The notes under the pieces: model-generated | What the model was told of the DNA's origin: nothing | Databases searched by the model: none | What the model saw: only the letters and a program-made list of their open reading frames with translations | Made by a program: the position numbers and the translations under genes | Part shown: positions 54,901 to 64,000 of the stretch, one piece after another | Position numbering within the stretch: position 1 is the first letter of the stretch | Layout of the letters: each line of letters opens with the position of its first letter | Origin: Azolla caroliniana | Lineage: Eukaryota; Plantae; Polypodiophyta | Assembly: GCA_043228905.1 (NCBI GenBank) | Contig: JBHGNT010000018.1 | Span: 1,798,001 to 1,862,000 of the forward strand | DNA: 64,000 nt | Direction: 5' to 3'

Positions 54901-55451
54901 AAGCCTTAAGAATGTGGCTTATATGGTCTTCAGGTACCCATTTATGTCAATAAAGATATTGTATATAGTGACACAGTAAAACCAGTCTATGATGCTACGG
55001 AAAGATCAACAGAAAGAAAAAATCGGGATGGTTCTATATCCAAAATATATATGTTAGACCGGTGAGGGTTAGGAATTTTGTCCATATTCCATATTCCATC
55101 TTCCTTATTTTTGTTGCTACAAAAGACATTTTGTTTATTTTTTTTGTTGCCATTGTTAACAAATGAAGAGATAATTTATGCGTGCAGTCCTAAGCAGGGG
55201 CATGACCCTGTAGCAGAGGAGGCTACCCTCATGAAGAATATGTTCATTGCAATTGTCGAAGAGCGATATAAAGATGCAGGTGGATAAACATTCCTTGAAA
55301 TCTCTAGTGTAAACATATGCTAACCGCTCTTAGTTGAAGAGTCACATATTTCCCAACAATAATTCTCTAACAACTTGTTATATTTGTCAAATTGCTAGCA
55401 CGCTGGCGTGATGATTTGAAGAGATTCCGCACCCAACGGCATGGGATTTGA
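51937..55451 (+). CDS. Bifunctional nuclease (BBD-like, DUF151 plus UVR motif), 9 coding exons, probable transit peptide
   Basis: Exons at ~51937-52381, 53456-53625 (SILPFHGHLFMTL..PSIFLRIVGEDDLILPIIV), 53988-54040, 54154-54210 (GRPNQYHVMQDLV), 54310-54375 (VRMVRVTRRVVDTYHACIY), 54763-54835 (DARPSDAVNLAVRCK, DUF151 signature), 54934-55061 (VPIYV), 55188-55279 (AIVEERYKDA) and 55399-55451 (ARWRD..*). GT-AG introns; a further intron follows the stop. Internal boundaries are approximate. Confidence 0.88.
53807..53908. repeat. 3 x ~31-bp intronic repeat
   Basis: GGAAA...ATGGTCTCTA...CACA occurs three times. Confidence 0.75.
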
Positions 55452-55864
55452 AAGGTACAATAAATAGCCTTGTTTACTTTTTTGAGAATCTCTCTTTACA
55501 GAGAAGTGGTGTCAAGAATCTTTTATCCAAGTTATAGAAGCTGTTTGGTGCTGCATGGATGTTGAATTCACATCAACCAAAAGTTTTCATGTTGGTTAAG
55601 AATGTCTCCACTTTCAGTTTCTACTCAATGATAATTTGCTGACATGCTTTCACTTAACAACTTGAAATTTCGCTATTCCTTTATGCAGATATTACTCGTA
55701 TATACGTCTTCAGGTTGTAAGTTCATGATATATCATGATGTATATGTATGTAGCTCTCAAATTTATGTCTCATTGTTGGCGATTTCCAATGTATATAAAT
55801 ATGGATGAAGTGAAATACGAAGAAATACTTCAATGTGAAGTGAAAGTTGGTTGCTAAAAACAGG

Positions 55865-55998
55865 TGACTTTGTTGAACAATACTTGTTTTGCACTCTTCT
55901 TACAGCGATCATGACCTTGGTTAAACAAGGCTTGTTTTACACTCTTCTTAGAGTGAATTTGGCTTTGTTGAACAATGCTTGTTTTGCACTCTTCATAT
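55865..55998. repeat. 3 x ~45-bp repeat downstream of the nuclease gene
   Basis: CTTTGTTGAACAAT(A/G)CTTGTTTTGCACTCTTC and a variant recur three times. Confidence 0.75.
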
Positions 55999-56490
55999 TG
56001 TAACATACTAGTTATATTCATTATCTTTTCTTTTTCCAGCTTCATCATATTTCCATTTGTGTCTGAATGAAAGCACCATACTTTTGTTCTTTCAAAATAA
56101 ATATAAAATAATTTTGCTGGATCAACTTATTCATGCTTATTGTAAATGAACTAGAAAGAGATTGAGTATGTTTGTACACATATTCTGACTATCGAATGAT
56201 GCGACTATTCTTGCACTCTGATCATCTTGTTGAACTATCTAAACATCTAGCACAAATTCTCTATTTTCCACGATGAATGTCTTCATTGTCATGTATTCAA
56301 AGAGCAAAATACCACTCGAAAAAGAGAATTAAAAAATAATGAAGGCACCAAGAGATGAGATGGAAACTGTAAACCAATGGCATGTGCATATAAGTATTTG
56401 CAATGGTGTGAAATTTCTTTGCTATGCCATAGTATATGGGTGGTGCTCTTTTCCCACATGGTTCTAAACTCTACTGAGGACAAATATTTG

Positions 56491-56714
56491 AGAGAGTTGT
56501 ATAAACAACTCTTTGGTTTTATTCTTGTTTAGTGTTACTATCATCTGAAACATAGCATGTCATCACATAGAATTAAATTGAAGTCTCTATTGGGAATCTT
56601 ACAGAGAGTTGTATAAACAACTCTTTGGTTTTATTCTTGTTTAGTGTTACTATCATCTGAAACATAGCATGTCATCACATAGAGTTAAATTGAAGTCTCT
56701 ATTGGGAATCTTAC
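56491..56714. repeat. Near-perfect 112-bp tandem duplication
   Basis: AGAGAGTTGTATAAACAACTCT...GGGAATCTTAC at 56491 and 56603, with one mismatch seen. Confidence 0.95.
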
Positions 56715-58999
56715 ACCACATCCATGTTGGAAGGGTTCTCCTTTGTTGCACCCCATCATTTTGTCTCTTGATTGTCAAGACTCAAAACCATTTGGAAAGG
56801 GATATGGATGAAACTTTTGTATCAATATTGTATGATTTTAAAATATTAGTTTGAGGGCTGCTTTGAATCAGTGTCTCAATTTTACTATTGAGTTAGTTAT
56901 AACTAATAGTTAATCAACAAATTAGTTTTCACTTCCTTATTGTCATTAATCATATAGATGCCTCTTCTAAACAAATTTTGGTGGGGTTGCTTGCTACATT
57001 CGATCAAGAAATTTTCTCATGATATGGGAATCATTTCAAAGCGTAAATGAGCATGCAATTGATGTGAGGGCTTTATTTGGAGTTAGGCTCACACTAAATC
57101 AATGGAAATATGTAAAGAATGTGCTGAAATCTTGTGTTTCAAAAGAAATATCAGAGACATAAGCATGAGTTCCTTTATCTTTCTTTGGCCCTATTGTTGT
57201 GCCCCTAGGAGAGGGCGCATGGTATAAAGACTTAAAGGGTGGACGAGACATCACTTTTTTATTTGATTGGTCATTATATGTAGAGAGAATACAAAATGTG
57301 TAAAAAAGGTAAGAAACAATGAGAGAGGGAGAGATGTCATTATGTATTCGTGCGTGTGAAATCCTAATGTGGTAAGTGACAATGACATGAGAGAGGGGAC
57401 AAAGAGTATGTTTGTTTTCTAATTGTGTGGTAGTGTTGAAGAAGCAAAAAAGGACTTCCGTTAAGGAAATGAGAAGTGATTGTTTTTTGACAATTATAAA
57501 GTTTGAAAACACCTACTTAGAATAAGGAATAAGGATAGATAAGAAACATGGTTTCCAACCATCTTAGGTTATTGATAATGTCTTTTATCGATAACAACTC
57601 AAAGTTTGACCTTTTATGTCTTTTAAACCATAAAGTTGTTTTTTTTGTCTTGTCTTTCCACTGCATTATTATTTAATTGTAATAATGGTTCTATATTGGT
57701 GGTTCTAATTATTGTTGAATTTCTTATTTATCATTAAGATCTTGGAGCGCTTGTGTTCTTTTAGTGTTAGGGGTAGTATCTAATTTAGCCTTTAGGTAAG
57801 GTTGTACCTTGACACCTAATAAACAAGTTTTGCCACATTCCTTGATATACGTGAGGAACACTCTAACACAAACATTGTTTGGTGCCACCACAACGATGGA
57901 TGAAGATCGTGCTTCCACTGACAATGTTCCCCGCTATGGAGCCAAAACTACCATTTTAATTGTTTGTATAGCGATCACATCCATAAACCTTGACCATTAG
58001 GAGGTACACGATGGACGTTGAAGTCATACTCGATTATTCATATTTAAGGTAATATTGTGTGATTGATTAGTTAAAACATAATCAAATGATCACCAACAAA
58101 TCAAGTAGTTATTGCTCGCAAAGGCAATATAAAGTACATTCATAGACAAAGGAAGTTTTCAATTGTCACTCACGTAACGACGCTTTACTTAGCACAATGC
58201 AATTGCATTGGGTACAACTTTCATTCTTAGAGGAGGCACATCATTATGGTTGCTTTGAGGACTAAGGCACTCCGAAGATGACATTGTACATTGATACAAG
58301 TATGTCGGGGCAATGAATAACCCCCACATGTGAAACCTAGACAAATGTTAGGCTATTTGGGAAGCCAACTATAAATTGGATGGTTGTGAGGATCGATGGT
58401 TTTTTGTGCTCAAAAGAGTGTCTCAATTGCTTGTCATGAGTGATAAAGAGTTGATTCAGGCAGCTTGTACAACTTAGTAGCTATAGAAATAAGCCTCCGC
58501 ATCAATATGCAATGCTCGAGCATTATATTGAATTCCCATCCACATTCATGGGACACACCCAAGAATGAGATGCAACAAACAGAAACGAGATCATTGCGAC
58601 GAATGTCGAGACAATAATATGCCGACAAATCCAAGACGCACGGGAGGTGGGGGTAGCACGATGGCATCGGGATGCGTGCACATAAAATTCGGCATGGCCA
58701 ACCGAGATGTCAATCGGTTGTGGCCAAACCGAAACATCGTCTTGGTTGTGATGATTGTGTGGGGTGGTTGACAAACTAGATGTTGTGGTGGGTGGGTGTG
58801 GATACCAGTGGACATCACGTGGGACATTGTTTGTGGTTGTGGTGGCCAACCGAGACTCGTGGCTGGGGGGCCATGGGTCAAGCGTGAGATTTGTTGTGGT
58901 TGTCATGACTGTGCGCGGTGGTAAACAAAGAGGTTGTGGTGGGCGAGACCGAGGGGCCAACGGTCAAACCAACGACATCTAGTGGTCATTGTCATGATC

Positions 59000-59522
59000 G
59001 TGCCCGCGGTGGTCAATAACTAGGACAATCCCATAACCATGGTTGTGGTGGTCATGGTCAGTGAGTGGGTCAAGACAAGTCACAATGCCATAATGACTGT
59101 GGCAGTCATGGTCAAAGGAGTGAAGACCGGACATAGGGGCATCATGACTGTGGCGATCATGGTCAAGTGGTCAAGATAGGAGGACATATAGTGCCATGAT
59201 GGTCATGGTCAAGTGGTCAAGACAGGAGGACATATAATGCCATGATGGTCATGGTCATGGTCAAGACAAGACATATAGTGTTATCATGGTCAAGACGGGG
59301 CATATAGTGCCATGATGGTCATGGTCATGGTCAAGACAGGACATATAGTGTTATCATGGTCAAGACCGGACATATAGTGCCATGATGGTCATGGTCATGG
59401 TCAAGTGGTCAAGACAGGACATATATGTAGTGCTATCATGGTCATGGTCAATGTGGTCAAGATCGGACATATACATAGTGCCATCATGGTTAAGGTCAAG
59501 GGGTCAAGATCGGACATATAGT
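59000..59522. repeat. Complex minisatellite (CATGGT/GGTCAAG/GGACATATAGTG units) upstream of the NYN gene
   Basis: 30-50 bp variants of ATGGTCAAGACAGGACATATAGTGCCATG, containing about 17 GGTCAA. Confidence 0.9.
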
Positions 59523-59714
59523 GTGTGTGTGTGTGTGTGTGTGGATCTGAGGAGTGCCAGGAGGACGACGACCCCATCTGGCTGTGAGAGGTAGTAACGT
59601 GGATTTGTTCCTGTAATGCCTGCTGCTGCTGCTGCTGCCGCCATGGAAAGATCAAGGTGGATATGGCGATGGTGATGGTGACGGTGATGATCACGATCTT
59701 TTTCGATCATTGTG

Positions 59715-62700
59715 ATGATGATGTCTCCCAGATCCTCGCTCCACGTCTCCGTCTTCATCCTTCGCTTCTGCAGCAGTCGAAGATCGCCCACAAACCCGCG
59801 CCTTGCTCTCATCGCTCTCGCCTCTTCTTCCAGAGATAATCAGGTATCTATTCTTCTTCTTCCTTCTTCTTCCTTCTTCTTCTTCTTCTTCTTCTTCTTC
59901 TTCTTTCTTGTGAGTAAGCACTCTTTGTCGCCTTCTTGTTTCACTCGCTCTTGTCGAAAATGCCTTTTCCCCCTCCTGGGAAATCTGGTGATCTCCAGAT
60001 ACTCCTTTAGCTTCTTCTGTTATTTTTTGGCTCATCAGTTGCTTCCCACGTGGTTTGATGTTCTTAATTCTCCATATGGGGACAAATACAATTACATACA
60101 AGGAAATGTTGGTTTTGAGTGTCGACAGTCACTTTATATGTATTTACTGCTTTGGCACCTCTGATGAACAACATTACTTTATATAATCGTAGGGATGATT
60201 TTGTACCTTTTGAGTTAATACCATGACGAAGGCTAATGCAAAGGTTAGAAACCTTTGGAATACCCAGTAAATGCACTTAGGAATTTATGTACTACATTGT
60301 ACCTTTGGAGTACCTTTCAGGTCAAGTCTGTGTTTCCAACGAACTCTCTTATGCTATGTTTAAATTTTGGTGATTCCATGATGTTGTCATTTCCAACTCC
60401 AGTATGAGTTTTCTGGCATGGCATACAGTCTCCTCAGATGTGCCTTTAGCCTTCTCAGTGGTGTCTCTCACAAGTAGTGGGAACTTGTATGTTGGTGTTC
60501 CTCTTACTCAGTGGCATTCCTATGAAAGGGATCTTCTTTTATTCATCCATCTCTGACCCTAATCTGGTCATGAATCCGAGTATACATTCACAAGTTTTTT
60601 TATGCGATTGTATCTAGAGCCCCTCCTATGGTTCTAGATCCTCAGTTCCAGAGGTTGTAAGTGTACATAAATTTGGATTTTATCTTCCTAGAATAACACA
60701 GAAGTATAAGTGTTTGGCAAAAGGGAGGGAGACAATTTTCGTGAAGTATTTTCTTGTGTAAGAGGGGAGGCTGTCTAGTCAGCGTTTTGCACGGAGGCCG
60801 CTGATTTGGGCATCATCTAAAAACAAAGGCTCTATACTTTTGCACTTTTATGTGGAAAATGGCAACACTTTGTTGTAGATTGCAACTTCTACGTGTGCTG
60901 ATGTTTGGAGACCTCATTTTATTGTCATCTTCCTTTGAAAACATGCAAGAGTCCATAATTGTAATCAACATTGTTTGTTTATGTATTTCCAGGGACACAA
61001 TGTAGAACCACCAAGAATAACTTCAAATGTCAAGCTGAACCTTCAATTTTTGAAGAGGGTAAAGGTGAAGATTCTCTTTTCCAGATAAAAATCAATATGC
61101 CGGCCCTTGGAATCCACATATCCATGATGTATGGTGGTTTCTTGTAGGAGAAAAGTGGAGGTGCCAAACCATCAACAGGGTATCGTCGTAAAAAGATGGA
61201 GAGAGACATCTCTCTAGATGATGAAGGGCAGGATAATACAAGCTCTTATGAGTGCGTCTTTGTTCACGTTGTTAGGCCTTGTTAACTTGCTGAATTCTAA
61301 TATTCTCTATATGAATAAAGGAAGCTCAGATCTTTCGGTTATAAAAATAATGATGCACGGTAAAATTGTGGCACAGCTCAAGCAGCTATGTTGAGATTGA
61401 GCTGACAAGACCTGTTCTCCTTGTGGATGGCTACAATATGTGTGGTTATTGGCCTAAGTTGAAAAAGCATTTTAAAAGAGGGCATCTAGACTATGCTCGC
61501 CAAACACTTCTAGAGGAGTTGGTGACTTTTGGTGCAGTAAAAGGTGAGATTCCTGAACCATCAAACAGCTTCTCATTTTGTATATTTGCCTTAGTAAGTG
61601 TCCATATTAATTTCTGAGTGACTAATTCTCAGATCTGAACCATTAGCCATCGACATTGTCTGAGAATATAGAAAGTAGTGTAAGCTTTTCAAAAAAATTC
61701 TTGCATTTTGAGCCTTGGCAAGTTCATGTTCTGATTATAAATTTCAGCTATAACATTTTCTGAAGGGAAAAATACTACTGCTTTAAAGAAATAAGTTGTC
61801 TTGTTTGCGTTCAAATGCATTGCCTCATAATCATCGCATGATCAAATGCATATGTCAGAATCTCCATTATTTATGATCTGGTGATTGTAATTCATTGGGT
61901 TCATAACTTCCATAATATTTGAAGAAACAATGCAAATCCCTCTTTGACTTCGTACAAACTCTAATAGATATTTTCATTACTTAAAAATGTGCCACTGTCA
62001 AGTCCCTGGGTTATAATGTCCATAGTAGTGACTATTAAACAAGGTAGGTATAATGGGTACTGTACTTCAAATATTGTGTGCACTGTCGTTTTTTGAGATT
62101 TTGGTAAAGATAGAAGGCAGTTGCTGAAAATTTGCGTTTCCATGCTGCTGCAGCGCTGCTTGTAAAAGAAACAAAATATTTTGTAGTAAAAAGGAAAAAG
62201 TTTTGCTCCTTTTGAGTTGTTTGATAGTATTATCTCATAGTATCTATTTCTGATTTGTTTTCTTTATCTACTAGTTGACCAATTGTTTCAGTATGTTTTT
62301 TACTATCTCTACATGTTTTCAAATTTAAAATCCTCAATCTTAGCTATTTTGAAGTTGTTACAAGTTCTTCATGTATTATATATGTAATTTGTATTGTGTA
62401 TATATACCCCTAAAGATGTTGGTATCTCTGTTTTTCTTCTGAGAGTTGGAACATTCTCCATTCCTCTCTTTGTCCTTTCTCAATGTTTCCATCAGTAGGA
62501 TGTAGATTGATGTTCATTATTACATTTCTAATTACTTACTACATGTAGAATATGTGATACATCAGTCAGCAGTTGTCATGGTTGTAATTGCAGGAACAAA
62601 AGTCGTGGTGGTATTTGATGCTGCAACTTCTGGCCTACCAGATCACAAAGAGACATTTCAAGGGTAGGGATTATTCTTGTTCAATTAGAAATTCTTACAT

Positions 62701-63516
62701 TGGTGAGTTAGGGGTGAGAGTTACCAATGAAAATCGAAGTTGATTTCTTCATGTGCAAGCTGTATCTCTATTATTATGTTAGCTTTTATTTTGTTATATC
62801 AAGGAAAGGTGAATTTTTCTATGTTCAACAGATGAGGTGCATGAATACCATTTCTGCAGGAATTAGTTGGAAAACTTTGAATGTTCTTCCATACCTCAAT
62901 AATTTTCTGTAGGTAGGCCTAGGGGCTCAATGGTCAAATATGTGAAGTCTGGTGTGGAATAGGGGTCCATGCTATTTTATAGTAACATTCTTATGGTTAT
63001 GGTCAAGTGTAGTAGACACAATTCATGCAGGTTACAACAATTAGATGTTTGGATTGATCTAGTTAGTCTTTTTATTGGTTGCATTTTATGGCTAAGTGGA
63101 TTGGTTACATTGTATCTCGTGGTTATTTTCTTTTTGTATGAGAATCTTTAGTTTGTATTTTTTCCCAAAGATCTAGTCCAGCAGCGGATATATGTTATTA
63201 TGTTTTACTGATTCGGAACCACCAAAATCCTAATCATCTCTCATCATGCCTGTAGCATTAAGCTGGGATTATTGAGTCCAATTGGTTCATAAGTTTTGTG
63301 CGTGCTTCCTCTTGGTTTCTTGAGACTTCAATAATTTAGTATGTGTGTTAAGACATGCTGTCTACTATACTTTACATTTTATTTGGTCAGTGAATTACTT
63401 ATATTCATGTTTTCCCCCCTCAAATAGAGCTCATGTTCTTATATTTTTATTACTATGCAGAGTTGATGTTATTTTTACAGCAACTAATAGTGCCGACACG
63501 TGGATTGAGAGAGAGG
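59715..63516 (+). CDS. YacP/Rae1-like NYN-domain ribonuclease, partial (3' exons probably beyond the window)
   Basis: Exons at ~59715-59843 (Ser/Arg-rich transit-like peptide), 60993-61064 (PPRITSNVKLNLQFLK), 61148-61250 (TGYRRKK), 61377-61543 (PVLLVDGYNMCGYWPKLKKHF..ARQTLLEEL), 62594-62663 (VVVVFDA) and 63461-63516 (VDVIFT..SADTWIERE). VDGYN, VFDA and AD..IE are NYN_YacP motifs. The expected TSD-motif exon and stop codon are not in the window. Confidence 0.87.
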
Positions 63517-64000
63517 TATCAAAGCTATAATTTCTGTTGCTTCTATATGAAAAGCTTGATCCATACTGAGGTCGTGTATAGCCAGCCCATACATCTACTG
63601 CATGCTCTATCACTTCCTCTGAAAATTCAGTTTGTTTATGGATACTCTATCCTCAAACAAAAACAATCATCTTTTCTAACCCAAGAGATGCTGCACCCTG
63701 CATGGGAAATTCTTTTGGTGTCGTTGGGGCATGACTAAGGTGTGTATCCTCGTAGATGCACCCTTATCTTTTAGTGCAATACTGTTAGTTACTCTTCCTC
63801 CGGACTTCTGCAATTATATTCCTGTATTCAGCCATTGAAGCATTACTTTTAAAAGATCATTAATTTCATTCAAGTCGAGAGAACCTTGCAAGGTGAACCT
63901 TCATCTTTATAGGAAGATTAACGTTCTGAAACAGGGTTTTTTAAAGAAAAAGTACTTAGATCCATCCAAGAGTTGTATGCATTACACCTGCAAAGGGATG

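Noticed and set aside
57100-58960. Degenerate gypsy-like LTR/PBS/gag remnant and the T/P/H-rich ORFs at 58434-58982
   Set aside because: Only a TTTGGTGCC PBS-like word (~57878) and general composition support it. No paired LTR, TSD or recognisable domain.
59657-59839. Upstream ATGs (59643, 59663) as the start of the NYN gene
   Set aside because: Those frames stop before the donor at 59844, and only the 59715 frame splices in phase. They could be uORFs, but this is unsupported.

Overview
Eukaryotic land-plant nuclear DNA, not prokaryotic; the gene and LINE style suggests a seed-free plant such as a fern (inference only). Four intron-containing genes can be spliced by hand: (1) a ~1049-aa GT-2-type trihelix transcription factor (minus, 14213-4605, 3 coding exons); (2) a 13-exon peroxisomal glutamate:glyoxylate/alanine aminotransferase ending in SRL (minus, 43506-40041); (3) a DUF151+UVR bifunctional nuclease (plus, 51937-55451); (4) a YacP/Rae1-like NYN nuclease (plus, from 59715, running off the window). 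Between genes 1 and 2 lies a retrotransposon nest whose order is fixed by target-site duplications (TSDs). An RTE-like element was split by an L1-like LINE (16-bp TSD). That LINE then received a second LINE (15-17-bp TSD) and an intact Ty1/copia element (apparently identical 293-bp LTRs, 5-bp TSD, 1338-aa ORF). A further LINE (19-bp TSD) and a MITE lie upstream of the aminotransferase. Best candidates for new biology: an ~11-copy 47-bp intronic minisatellite carrying GT boxes (GGTTAA) inside the trihelix gene itself, a second coiled-coil module in that protein, and a W-box-dense minisatellite upstream of the NYN gene. All regulatory interpretations are inference. No CRISPR array or rRNA gene was seen.
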